From Macrostomum lignano (taxonomy: Eukaryota): a stretch of DNA of 64,000 nucleotides. Below are positions 28,894 through 40,929 of the stretch, piece after piece. The stretch lies in NCBI GenBank assembly GCA_002269645.1, contig NIVC01001827.1:186001-250000 (forward strand), read 5' to 3'. Every line of letters starts with the position of its first letter. Position 1 is the first letter of the stretch. The translations under genes and the position numbers were made by a program. The notes below the pieces were generated by a model. It was not told where the DNA came from, ran no database searches, and worked only from the letters and a program-made list of their open reading frames with translations.

Positions 28894-28911
28894 TGGTGGC
28901 AGCGGTGGGAT
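28894..28911 (+). promoter_or_regulatory. Primer-binding site complementary to the tRNA-Leu 3' end; second copy at 28966-28983
   Basis: TGGTGGCAGCGGTGGGAT is the reverse complement of ATCCCACCGCTGCCA-CCA, the recalled tRNA-Leu(AAG/TAG) 3' end. Confidence 0.82.
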
Positions 28912-29217
28912 ACAAAGACCTGCCAGGCCACCTCGAGACAACCCAGAGACAACCAAACGTTACACTGGTGGCAGCAGTGGGATAAAAAAACATTACATAT
29001 TTTAGGAGACTATATATCTAACTTTACTTAAAAATATAATTTTGTTCTTTATAAAAGACATTATACAAATAAAAGTCATTAGTTTTGTTTTTTTTAGTTA
29101 AACTATTTAAACTATTTTTTATTTAACCTTGTCAAATCACTAGTATAGTAGAAACAAATAAATTGACAATTTAAAGCTTTGCATAAGGTAATGTATATAA
29201 TATACATTGGTATATAC

Positions 29218-30060
29218 CATGCTTGGGCACAACCTTGGGATTCACTTGGCTGTTTCTATTGGCAACACACATGTATATTGCCATTGGATAGAATAGTAAT
29301 CACATGACTGCTCTCAGCCAATAGCGACTTACATATGTGTGTTGCCAGGGTCTGGATTGTGTAGTACTGTACACAAGAACAAGAATCCTATCTTAGGTAA
29401 ATGTACACCAGTGTATGCCAAAAACAAAAAAAATTCCTGAAATAATACACCAAAAATTCCTCCTAAAAAGGTTATTTGCTTTCACAAGTAGAGTTTTCTA
29501 AGAAAGGTTTTTATACAAAAAGTGTTTTTAAATATTACAAATATTTTCATTATAAACAAACTTAAATTAAACCTATAGAAATAATAATGCAAAATTCTTA
29601 GCAATCATTTACACAAATTTTATTTATTGTTAATTTTCAAGAAACAAAAAGTTTATCACTGACTTTCTAGACTATACAAATTTTCCTTTATTTTATATAA
29701 AAGGTTAATTATATTACAACATTCATGCATGGCATGAATTACCAAATATTTATCAAAATTAGTATGCCAAAAAAATTGCATGAATTTGTATACCACAATT
29801 TGTACACCAACTTTGAAAGAGGTCATTCAAGAAGCAAAAAGTTTATCACTGACTTTCTAGACTATACAAATTTTCCTTTATTTTATATAAAAGGTTAATT
29901 ATATTACAACATTCATGCATGGCATGAATTTACGAATATTTATCAAAAGACTAGGCCCCCCTATACAAAAGTCTGACAGAGAGAGACCTACAGACCTTCT
30001 AAAGTCTGGGTGTGTTGCCAATAGAGACAGCCAGGTGATTCCCAATATTGCGCATATAAG
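29218..30060. mobile_element. Expanded MITE of the CAT...GCGCAAC family carrying an internal insert; 8-bp TSD GTATATAC
   Basis: GTATATAC at 29210-29217 and 30061-30068; both ends align to the two ends of the 25255-25424 element. Confidence 0.72.
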
Positions 30061-32620
30061 GTATATACCAAAAAATAGGTTGTTTTTTCTGGGGTATATT
30101 ACATAGAGAATGTTCTGAACTATGCTATAGTATGGCCAATGCTAGCCATACTGGCATACTCTAGATCATATAATATATACCCAAAAATTTAGGTATGCAT
30201 TGGCCTAATATGCCAAAAGTTAAACATGCATAGTTAAATTGGCATGCCATATATTAATTTTAAGAAAATAGTGTGCATGTTGCATGTATACCTAGGCTAG
30301 TATGCACTTTATAGAAATCACACAGAAGAGTTAGTGTTAAGTATATAAAAGATGGAGAAGTTCATTTTTTAAATGTAATATGTAACTTTCAGGTTTTCTA
30401 GTATAGAAATCTTTTAAAAGTAGCAGTATTCTTAGGCCTACTTAAAATAGTTTATAAGTCCCAGTTTAATTTCCTGGAAAAAAAACAATTTAACTAATGC
30501 CAATGGAACTTGATAATTCCTAACATCACTAGACTAAGCTAAGCTAGTATATACAGATAGATTGGCATCTATGACTATGATATATCAATAAATTTTAGAG
30601 ATAGATTTAGATATTAGAGATTAAAAGTATTATTAATAATGGTAATGAATATAAATTAATAAAATTATCGATGACAATTAAGATGGCAAAACTGTAGGCC
30701 TACTCTTAGGTTTTGTAATATGTCAAGCAGTCTAGCACTTTTTCATTTAAATCATAGCAAACAAAACTCAAAAAATCCAAAAAGCGTTTTTTCAAGCCAA
30801 AGGGATGTTCTAGCCATTTAAATATTATCAAGTTTTCTATGAATAATGTCTTGACTTAAGCCGAGAAGCTGCATCTCGTCTTGTAGGCCTAAGCATTACT
30901 CGTTTCTTGACGAGACTTCTTGACAATCTCTTGACTTTGAGAGTAGTAGAAAATCTAAAAATGAGAAGTATAATAAACCGTCCATTTTTTGCTATAAAAT
31001 AAGATGCAAAATTAATTATACCGCAATCAAATTCTCGCAGTTACACCAAATGATGCAATCCGAGGCTGTATTGCATAAAAAATTTCTCTTGACTTGAACT
31101 GTCTTGGTCAGTTCTTTAAAACTCGCATTTTTCGTTTAAAAAGTACAAGATAAAACAAAAATTGATACATTGAAGGAAAGATTGTGCCTTTTATCTATTA
31201 GTATATCTCGTTTATTTTAATACACCTCTAGAGAAATATATTTCAGATTTTTCTAAGAGTTAATAATCGCGATTTACGATGCATATATGACGAAATTGCA
31301 TTTACGTTTCCTCGGGTGGCTGGATTAAAAGAAATCTATAATTTTTCGAAGTTTCTCAAAATTTTTGTCTGTTTTTTTGCAAATAAAATGTACATGTATA
31401 TTTCGAAGTAAAATACATTTATACGTTGCAACCCCAGATGCCCGGATTGCGCAGGAATCGCGACTGCAGATCTGCTTGCAATTATTGACTTAATTGCAAG
31501 CCACTTACTATATTACTATATTACACTTACTATTGTGAATATTGCAAGTCACTTGCGCAAGCTAATTGCAAGCTTTATAATTATAAATGTACTCTACTAT
31601 CATTACTAATAGTAGAATAAAATGTAAATTTACTTAGAAAAATTGTCACTCACTTCATTTCCTTATTTCTTCCTTTTATAAATAAATGTGTTGTTTAGAT
31701 GCACATTAAATTGTAAAAAATCATGACTATGCTAAAATCATTCTAACATCTTATTAAAGTAACTTTTCAAAATAATATTGTGATAATTGCAATTCAATTG
31801 TAAGCCAATTGCAAAAATTACAATTCACTTGCAAGCAATTGTTCAATACGTGCGCAAGATCTGCACGCCAACTTGCAATCAAGTCCCAATTATCGCAATT
31901 TCGGTCGCCTTGGGCCTATTCAGAATGTTTATTGCTCTAAATGCCATTACAGCATATGTTGCTTAGACAACTTTGATAACAACGACAATGAGATATCGAA
32001 AAGGTAAATAAACCATCGCTGCATACAATTAAAGTTTTAATTTATATATACAGAACTCCGTGTTGATAAGCAACGAACTGAATGCATTTGAGCTGACAAA
32101 AGATTCTGATTATTGTACAATGAAATGGGGTATATTTTACCTTAGAGGCTCTATTTGTCAATAAGGATGCACCGTGCATGTATATATAAATGCCCATAGG
32201 TGTTAGACCAACAAAATAAAAGTATAAAAAATGAAAAAAGATAGTTTTACATGTCCACATCTTTCGATGCGCCGAAAATTTTCAATTTCTGCATGCTTGC
32301 TTTTTGGGCCGGGGATACTTGCGATCTGGGGATGCTTTCTATTGAGGGGGAATGTCCACAGAATATACTCTAACTACTATTGGTTTTTGCGAGCTATCTC
32401 AGTCAAGGAGCAAGCAAACTCATCCATTCCATAGATTTCAATACGACGAAGGAGGTGGTTTGAACCATAGACTATCACGTTTTTTCAACCAAACTCATCC
32501 AAGCTATGGGGGGACATGCCAATGCTTTGTCCCCCCCCCCACCCCACCAATTGTGACCCGAATTGTGATAATCAATAATTTTTTTCGCCTTAAAATAGCG
32601 CGAAGAAAATATGGCGCTTT

Positions 32621-32765
32621 CGGCGCCAAAATGAGTGCCTGTGGCGCTAAAATGAGTGCCTGTGGCGCTAAAATGAGTGCCTGTGGCGCTAAAATGAGTG
32701 CCTGCGGCGCTAAAATAAGTGCCTGCGGCGCTAAAATGAGTGCCTGCGGCGCCAAAATAAGCGTT
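32621..32765. repeat. 21-bp tandem repeat (ggcgctaaaatgagtgcctgt), ~7 copies
   Basis: Direct tandem unit; source of the CGAKMSA ORF. Confidence 0.92.
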
Positions 32766-32802
32766 GACAACACGATTCTCAAAGTAATTGAAACGTAGGA
32801 AT

Positions 32803-34025
32803 CAGGGACAACTAAAACTACCGGGACGCGAAACAAGCCAAATCATGGTGAAAAAAGTTGGGGGCTCGTTTGAAAGCAGTGTTCTATGGCCGTTCCAACT
32901 GCAACTCTTCAGTCTAAAAAGGTGTGAGGGCAAATAAAAAGCCCTCAACTCTTGTGCGACTGTGAAAAATGTCGAGAAAGTGCAGCGTCTTTAACTGCAG
33001 ATCAAACTATAACTCAGAAGAAAGCCGAACAACGATATTTGCTCTTCCTTGCGATGCACGAGAACGGAGCGTTGGAGACAAACCCTACCAAATATTTTTG
33101 AGGTAAGAAGGATGTTAATTTTAAGCGATCATACGCTGGTATGCGTGGATGAATTTATTACAAACTAATTGTTAAAAATAACCACTGCGATAAAATTTAC
33201 CATTCTAGAAAGTGACATGAAACATGAAAGAAACATGAAAGACCGAAAGATCCGCCTTCCGTCTTCTCTGGCTTTCTCCGTCGTTCGCGCATTCATTATG
33301 CATACGCCAGTTTTGATTCGAGACTTGCAACAATTGGCAAACTGAATCCAATGGAACCTTAACTATTCAACCGCCAGGTGCAGACAGTTATATCGGCCAA
33401 ATGGATGGACGTGATCCGACTGTACAAATCAGAAGAATATCACGTTGTCAAACGAACGGAATTAACCCACGAAGCTTGCTATCCTTCAGTTCAAGTATAC
33501 AGAAAAACGAAGGTAACACTCGCTCTCCAAGTCTTCAATGAAAAGGTTGTTGCAGCACTGAAGTGCGACGGCTTTTAAACTTTTTTCTCTTGTGCTTATC
33601 TCACATGCTTAAATATATGTAATTTTCGCTTAGTACCCCAGTTTTTCCGATACAGTATACAGGTCCCCGTAAGTTCCTCCTCAAATAAGTTATGTTCAGT
33701 TCCGTTCCACGATACATACACCATGCTAAGTTTAAACCTTTTCTTCGTGAATATCTCGCGTGTCTAATTGTATGTCATTGTGCTCTGTACGGCCGTTTTT
33801 TAGTACTCAAAGAAACAAAGAACATATTTAAAACTGAATAAAAACCTTTTAGACAACTTACTGAACCTTTTAAAGCAAAAATAATACTGTGGCCTTAGTC
33901 TTTTCAGCAGCTAAGCTAAGCATTTAATGCATGAGAAATCGGGCGCCCATAGACTCAAACGAGCCCCCAACTTTGTTCGCCATGATTTGGCTTGTTTCGC
34001 GTCCCGGTAGTTTAAGTTGTCCCTG
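32803..34025 (+). mobile_element. Internally deleted P-element-like DNA transposon; ~71-bp TIRs (CAGGGACAAC...), 8-bp TSD GTAGGAAT
   Basis: TIRs match with ~3 mismatches; GTAGGAAT at 32795-32802 and 34026-34033; internal P-type transposase remnant. Confidence 0.85.
33325..33578 (+). pseudogene. P-element/THAP9-type transposase fragment (GTP-binding insertion region), frameshifted
   Basis: CNNWQTE (frameshift) ...AKWMDVIRLYKSEEYHVVKRTELTHEACYPSVQVYRKTKVTLALQVFNEKVVAAL follows the recalled P-transposase pattern RNNW...A.W..I..LY......V....L.....YP.....Q.V.L...VFNEK..AAL. Confidence 0.75.
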
Positions 34026-34159
34026 GTAGGAATTCAGTCATGTACACGTTGAATTCTTTGCTTTGTCCCCCCACCATAAAATCCATGGCGACGCCTCTGA
34101 CAGAAGGTATCGCGGAGACTGAAAGATTTAATAATTCGACAGTACATGTACATACGTAG

Positions 34160-35352
34160 GCCAACAACAAAAACAAAGTACGCTGTCAGGATGGCAAAAG
34201 TCAGCGTCACAGGGCGCGCTTCATGGTTTGGGCGCGAACAAAGGCCGCGCCACCGGCAGTGTCCGGGGCGCCGGCGTCAGCCAGCAGACAGTCGACATAA
34301 AGCCGAGTTCGCGCTTGACCTCGCCGGTAGGGTGCCTGCAGCGTGAGCAGCAGCACCTGCACCGGCTGTGGGCAGTACGACTCGGCGCGGATGAGATGAC
34401 CTGCCGGAGTCGCCGACGGCGCAGTAGATCACTTGGACGTGGCAGGCCAGTGCGGCGATAGAGTGCCGCGTTGGTGACTCGCTCGACGCCGATGTTGAAG
34501 GCGGCGCGCAGCAGGCCAGCGTGCGCCGCATCGACCTGCTGTTCGAGTGAGTCCGTCAGCGTCCAGGTCTCGACGTTGTGCAGCAGGACGGTCTCAATTA
34601 CCGCCTGGAACAGCGCCGCCCTCTGGCGGTCCGGTAGGGCCACGGACTGCAGGACTGCCTTCACAGAACGAAAGGCAGCCCAGGCAAGCCCGCGGCGGCG
34701 TCGCAGGTCTTCGCGAGCGTCTGGAACCAGACCGCCGAGGTAGACGAACTGCTGACATCGCGGGAGTTCGGTCGCCTGCCCGTCAGCGCCTCGGCAGAAT
34801 ATTGCAGCCTCGATGTCGTCCGGCACGCAGAGCACAACGGTCTTCTGCGTGTTGACCACCAGGCCGACACTCGCCGCAACGGCAACTAGCCTGTCCAGCT
34901 GCCGTTGGGTGCCCTTGACGGTCGAGGACAGCAGGGCGAGGTCGTCGGCGTAGCCAAGCACGCTGAGCCGCTTCTCCGGTTGACGTCGACCCACGCGTCG
35001 CCGCAGCAGAAAACCGTCGTCGTCGGTAGGAAGAGCAGTCCGCAGCACTCAGTCAAGTACCAGGACGAACAGGAACGGCGCCAGCGTATCTCCCTGAAGT
35101 ACTCCGGAGGATGTCTCAAAGGAGTCCGATAGGCCGTCCGGTGTTGTCACAGCAGCTGTCGTATCACGGTACATCGCCATGATGGCGGAGATCAGCTGCT
35201 TAGGCACTTTGTACGCGCGGAGCACCATTGGAAGCACGGCTCTGACAACCGAGTCGAATGCCTTCTTGAAATCAATAAAGATTAGAATCAGGATCGACTG
35301 GCGAATCCGCGCCTCCTCGATGACTCGGCGAAGAGCCAGGATCTGCGCCGCA
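34160..35352 (-). mobile_element. 5'-truncated RTE-clade non-LTR retrotransposon (RT domain), pseudogenised
   Basis: FIDFKKAFDSV, GVLQGDTLAPFLF, GYADDLALLS, FVYLGG and ETWTL motifs. In-frame TGA at 35049 and a frameshift near 34430; stop at 34207-34209 followed by a short T/TTG-rich tail. Confidence 0.92.
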
Positions 35353-36044
35353 ATATATCATGCCCGTACAACATTAATTTCGACGTCCGCTGACGCGTAC
35401 CCTACCTACCCGACGTCGATGGGCGCCGCCCAAAATGGCCGCCGAATTTTTACACTGTGCCGACAAATGACGTCTTATGTCGGCTAGACGTTAGTGCAAA
35501 GTATGTCAAAATACCATTTGCAAGTGAAATCGCGCGGATAGACGTCGGAAATGTGGCCAACGTCGCCGACGTCGAATTGTTCTACGTGATGTACACGTAG
35601 ATTGTAAATGCATGTTTACCAGTGCAGTATACATGTGCAATTATGCATATACATCACGTACGTGCACATAAACAAGCTTTTGACTTGAGTTTGTCCGTTT
35701 TTAGATAGTATAAAACAAACGATCGTATCAGGTAGGTAGATTCTGGCGAATGCCAAACACAAGGAATAATCCAACATTAGTTTACATTTGCATTGCTTCG
35801 TTATTGTGTACGAACATGCAAGCTGCAGTACAATTTGCGTGCAAGTTCACTGCAGGGTGATCTGTATTTAAATTACTCCCGCGTCCTGACCGTAAAAGTA
35901 TTCACTGCTGTAAACTATTAAGCTCGTAGCATCATTAAAATACGCCTTTTCATAGAGAAAAAAGGCGGCTATATTTTTTCTCGTAATTACAGTTTCAATT
36001 ATAAGAAAACCCCAAGGCTGCAGGCAGCATTAATCGATACGATT

Positions 36045-37481
36045 ATGTCGGAACACACAGAGGAAATGGATGAAGCGACAATGTTAATCCGGCAAGAGAG
36101 ACCCGCAGCTACTGCCTACACCGGACGCATCAAGCTGCTAAATTTAGCGCTTCTTTTAATCATCTGCGCGCTGGAACGGTGCACATTCTACGAATACGTC
36201 GCCGATGTGATGAACAGCCGGCCAAATCACTCGCAGGCGCTGGACTACTGCGGCATCCTTGGGGATAATAACTACAACATAGAAAATCTGTTTGAATGCT
36301 GGAAGGATCAAACGCTGCTAGGACTGGCCTTCCTACTGCCAGTGCTAGGTGGAGTAGCTGCTGACTGGCACTGCGGATGCCTGCGTGTGCTGCAGACTGG
36401 CTTCACCGTGTACTCGCTGGGCGCTATGCTCATCGTAAGCATGATCTACGTGCCCTCCGCCTGCAACGCCACGTGCAAGTTCATTTGTCAGGCGGCCCTG
36501 GCTCTGGGCTCCGGCCTAGTCCGGCCCAGTCTGATGACTTTAACCTACGAAATAGGTCAGCCAATGATGGGCACAATCGGAGTTTGTCATCTGTACTACG
36601 CTTTTGAAGCCATCGGCGAAGTGATTGGCTGCTTTTTGGCGTACGCTACTGACCTCAGAGAGGAGCCGTTGACCCTGTCATGCGTGTGCAGCACGTACAC
36701 CATGATTTGTCTGACCATCGCCCTGACGCACACGGTGCGCGCGGGCTGGAATCCCGGCCTAGTTCGCCTGCCCTATTGGCCGCGAACTCGGCGCATCCTC
36801 ATCGTGATCTGGCCGATCATTCTGTCATCCTGCGTCCTCATGCTGAACTCGTTCACTATCAATGGCTGGGAGATGACCCATCTAGCTAAGCAGAAAACTC
36901 TACAGGACCTGATGACGAATCGCGACCTGCTGCTGTTGGTCTGGTCAGTCAGTCTGCTTCTATTCGTGGCCGCTCAGGCACTGGCAGTTCGGTACAGTCC
37001 AACTTTCAAGTCGCGCTTCTTTCGCATTGCTCTGGGCATCGCAGTTGCAGCCGGGAATATGCTCATCGAATCCGGTATTATCTTCTACTTAAAATCGGTA
37101 GAAAAAAGTCGCACAAATCCACCAGATATACGAACGCTGCGGTACATCTTTGGCAGTCAGAGCGTCATCGGTGCTGCATCCGAGGCGCTGATATTTGTAT
37201 CTGTCAACGAAATCGCCTTCAAAATTGCGCCGGCCGAAATTCGAACTTTCATGATTGGACTTTTCATGTCTTTGAGAGGCTCTGGGTTCTTCACTACCGT
37301 CATCATACTTCTGGGTTACCAAGCTGCAACGAACGAGCAGGAAATATTTCACGGTCTGGGGACCGCCTACATGCGCCTTGCTCTCGGTATCGCTCTGCTG
37401 CTGGCGCTGCTGTTTTTCAAATTCTCGTCAAAAAATGCTCTGCGATTCCTGGTGAACATCCAGGCCGCCTCTAATCGTTGA
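36045..37481 (+). CDS. Intronless divergent SLC15/POT (PTR2) MFS peptide transporter-like protein, 478 aa
   Basis: CALERCTFY (ExxERxxFY-like), LPVLGGVAADWHCG (GGWLAD motif), SEALIFVSVNEIAFKIAPAEIRTFMIGLF (E..Y..AP..M.S..MGLF); about 12 hydrophobic segments. Confidence 0.8.
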   Translation: MSEHTEEMDEATMLIRQERPAATAYTGRIKLLNLALLLIICALERCTFYEYVADVMNSRPNHSQALDYCGILGDNNYNIENLFECWKDQTLLGLAFLLPVLGGVAADWHCGCLRVLQTGFTVYSLGAMLIVSMIYVPSACNATCKFICQAALALGSGLVRPSLMTLTYEIGQPMMGTIGVCHLYYAFEAIGEVIGCFLAYATDLREEPLTLSCVCSTYTMICLTIALTHTVRAGWNPGLVRLPYWPRTRRILIVIWPIILSSCVLMLNSFTINGWEMTHLAKQKTLQDLMTNRDLLLLVWSVSLLLFVAAQALAVRYSPTFKSRFFRIALGIAVAAGNMLIESGIIFYLKSVEKSRTNPPDIRTLRYIFGSQSVIGAASEALIFVSVNEIAFKIAPAEIRTFMIGLFMSLRGSGFFTTVIILLGYQAATNEQEIFHGLGTAYMRLALGIALLLALLFFKFSSKNALRFLVNIQAASNR

Positions 37482-38334
37482 TTATGCTTCGTTTGGCCTA
37501 CTATGAGTAGTATAGTTTAACTCTTGCTAAACTAGCTAGTATTTGCACTATCTGACAGCGATTTGCAAAATGCAATACTAATAGTGGGCCTAAATAATGT
37601 TCCTACTTAATACTTAATACTTAATGTTCCTACTAATTAATTCCTACCAATAATCTTATTAAATAATCGCGTAAAATAACGAGCTGAAGGCCCAAAAAAT
37701 TATTGCGTCAATCTTGAAAAATCCACGGTTTGCATGCATTACCCGCGATGTCTCTTGTCTAGGTAATTTTCTAGCTAACGTTCCCAATAAATATAAATTT
37801 AAGGACGTTGCTGGGCTGTTTACTGGTGAGAGATCATTTGCTACCACGAGTTTCAAGTTCAGTTCTGTTGCAAACGCCAAATTTTAATCAACAGGTAGAA
37901 CGAAATTGAGGTTGTACAACATGTACTGCGTCAATTCCGAAATTCTGAGTCAAAGCTTGTCCAATCCTCAGATAAGCCAAGCCAGTGGACACAATGCGTT
38001 GAGCGTGCCAGTTTTGACAAAGTGGTGAGAAACAGGGCTTGAATCTCCGGCTCAAACTGGTTCCTAATCTCCGGCCTTGGCCGCTCGCTTCCAATTCGTC
38101 GCTTGAACACTGCTGGATTTAAAGTCGCGCTGGGTCGGCACCAATCTTTTCCGCAACTGTTGCTTCGTTTATTAATTAATGTCGAGAAAATATACTAGTA
38201 CTGTTGCCGCTGGTGACTTTCGAAAATAGGTGAGATTTACTGTTTGATGCTTTCTTGTGGGGCTTGAAATAGTTGTCTGCTATGCTTTATTCTTAGTAAC
38301 ATACGCATCACGACCATCTACCCCAGTTTGCCCC

Positions 38335-39140
38335 CACTACTTCCTGCTAGCCGAATAGGTCCTCAATCCTGCTACTTCCTGCTACCCGTATGGGTCCTCA
38401 ATCTTGCTACTTCCTGCTACCCGTATGGGTCCTCAATCTTGCTACTTCCTGCTAGCCGTATGGTTCCTCAATCCTGCTACTTCCTGCTACCCGTATGGGT
38501 CCTCAATCCTGCTACTTCCTGCTAGCCGTATGGTTCCTCAATCCTGCTACTTCCTGCTACCCATATGTTCCCTCAATCCTGCTACTTCCTGCTACCCGTA
38601 TGGGTCCTCAATCCTGCTACTTCCTGCTAGCCGTAAGGTTCCTCAATCCTGCTACTTCCTGCTACCCATATTTTCCCTCAATCCTGCTACTTCCTACTAC
38701 CCATATGTTCCCTCAATCCTGCTACTTCCTACTACCCATATGTTCCCTCAATCCTGCTACTTCCTGCTACCCATATGTTCCCCCAATCCTGCTACTTCCT
38801 GCTACCCGTATGGGTCCTCAATCCTGCTACTTCCTGCTACCTGTATGGGTCCTCAATCCTGCTACTTCCTGCTACCTGTATGGGTCCTCAATCCTGCTAC
38901 TTCCTGCTACCTGTATGGGTCCTCAATCCTGCTACTTCCTGCTACCTGTATGGGTCCTCAATCCTGCTACTACCTGCTACCCATATGTTCCCTCAATCCT
39001 GCTACTACCTGCTACCTGTGTGGGTCCTCAATCCTGCTACTTCCTGCTACCTGTATGGGTCGTCAATGCTCCCCGTTAATTCCCCTTCCTGTGTGACTGT
39101 GTGACTCCCTACCAATCCTGCTACCTGGGTCATCAATCTT
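38335..39140. repeat. 35-bp minisatellite (cctcaatcctgctacttcctgctacccgtatgggt)
   Basis: Tandem unit with several variants. Confidence 0.95.
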
Positions 39141-39781
39141 CCTCACAATGTACCTGGGTCGTCAATCCATAACAAAAGGGGATGAACCAGCAAGTGTAAG
39201 CTGTCAAGAATTGTCTGTTTTGCGCCTGGTTCTAACCTGCCCTGGAAGGAAAGCCATGTCTTCTGGTGCACTGCATGTAGATTGGCAGCACAGCCCAGAT
39301 AACACAGTACCTTTTCACCTTGTGCACTATACTGAGTTCGTGCCAAAACGGACTTTACACAGATACAGGTTGGTTTGCCTTCTGTAATCTCGGCTATAGA
39401 GAACTTCTATAGGGACAATAATACTCGTAGCTGATTAAAGTCCGAACAACATAAGAGAAATGCACACGAAAAACCAGCTTTGCTTAAAATTATCAGCCGA
39501 GAGCCAGATAGAAAAGAATTATTTTTTTATTTCTTTCCAAAGGCACAACCCCCCCCAGTCCCCACAAACAAGGCACTCGGTGGTGACAGCTTGCACTTTT
39601 TATTGCTAGATTGAACATTCACTTTTCTGTCAGTCAGTCAGAGAGGGGGTTAGACATAAATAATCCTAGCATTGATATCTAAACTTCTCTACTATAAGTA
39701 AACTAACTGGAGTAAAAGCCACCACTTATCCGGATATTATTAACAGATTTAAAACATATCTACAATAATTAGCAAAGCGGC

Positions 39782-39975
39782 ATGGAGGAAATGACAAAGC
39801 GACAGTCGGGCAAGGAACAGTCACTGCCGGCTGTGAAAGACGAGGATGAAGCGTCACAATTTGTTGACTCAAATCAGGCAGCCTCCGGAACAAAGCCGCG
39901 AGAGTTCTGGCCTCATCACACGGACTTTGTGCTCAGCTGTGTTGGCTATGCAGTTGGCTTTGGATCAATATGGAG
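39782..39975 (+). CDS. SLC6 Na+/Cl- dependent amino-acid transporter (GlyT/PROT-like), exon 1
   Basis: REFWPHHTDFVLSCVGYAVGFGSIWR (TM1); donor AG|gtcagt. The 8-exon joined CDS is 1866 nt, 621 aa. Confidence 0.88.
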
Positions 39976-40029
39976 GTCAGTCAATTTTTATGCCCTGCTT
40001 TTGGATGTGTTCTATCCTGTAGTTCCTGA

Positions 40030-40215
40030 GCCTGTAGTTCATTGCTAGCCCTCAATCTAAGCCTGCAGTTCATTGCTAGCCCTCAATCTAAGCCTGAAGT
40101 TCATTGCTAGCCCTCAATCTAAGCCTGTAGTTCATTGCTAGCCCTCAATCTAAGCCTGCAGTTCATTGCTAGCCCTCAATCTAAGCCTGTGGCTCATTGC
40201 GGACGCTCAAGCCTG
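40030..40215. repeat. 31-bp minisatellite in SLC6 intron 1
   Basis: cctgtagttcattgctagccctcaatctaag, ~5 copies. Confidence 0.9.
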
Positions 40216-40291
40216 TAGTTGATTTTATCAACATCCGTGATCCAGTCAGCTCAAAACCTTTTGCACACGTCGGCCCCATTCAACCTTAAAG

Positions 40292-40410
40292 ATTTCCTTA
40301 CCTGTGCTACAAGAACGGTGGCGGCGCATTTCTGATTCCCTACATAATCTGTATGGTCGTCTGCGGAGTTCCACTATTCTACATGGAGCTGGCCATCGCC
40401 CAGTTCTCGG
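40292..40410 (+). CDS. SLC6 exon 2
   Basis: [39 protein letters not shown]; taaag| acceptor and G|gtgag donor. Confidence 0.92.
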
Positions 40411-40566
40411 GTGAGTTCTCTGTTGTACTTTATTTTAAGCGGAATACACAATTGTCAATACATTTGGAAGTGACTGTTCTTGACTCGGATAGTAGTCTAT
40501 AGATTAATGTATGCCAGATCTCGATGTTTTTCATGCAAAACTTAAGAGTTTTTTGTTTTTTTTCAG

Positions 40567-40909
40567 GAGCATCGCCTCTTGCGCTCTGGGAAATTTGCCC
40601 GCTGTTGAAAGGCGTCGGCTGGGGCATGATCGTGATCAGCGGCCTGGTGTGCATCTATTACAACATCATTCTCACCTGGGTTATTTATTACTTAGTGCGA
40701 AGCTTCGCTGCCCGGGTGCCCTGGTCCACCTGCAGCAACTGGTGGAACACCTGCGACTGCACAGAGACCGAGGCCCTGTACTTCGGCAACTTTACCGACG
40801 CCAACGCCACTGATGGGCGTGAGTTTGCCTGGCCGGGCAACACCCGGTGCAACCTGACCGGCCCCATTGCCGCCAATCTGAGCCAGACCGCGTCTGACGA
40901 GTTCTGGCG
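40567..40909 (+). CDS. SLC6 exon 3
   Basis: WEICPLLKGVG...IYYNII...PWSTCSNWWNT...SDEFW; canonical splice sites. Confidence 0.92.
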
Positions 40910-40929
40910 GTGAGGCAGATCGCGATTCA

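Noticed and set aside
31432-31914. Degenerate inverted-repeat element rich in ttgcaag
   Set aside because: Imperfect TIRs and no TSD, so it could not be added to the 8-bp-TSD group.
35365-35590. Short gacgtc-rich inverted repeat next to the RTE 5' end
   Set aside because: Termini and TSD are too poorly defined to call.
38328-39104. Cys/Pro-rich ORFs
   Set aside because: Products of the 35-bp minisatellite read in rotating frames.
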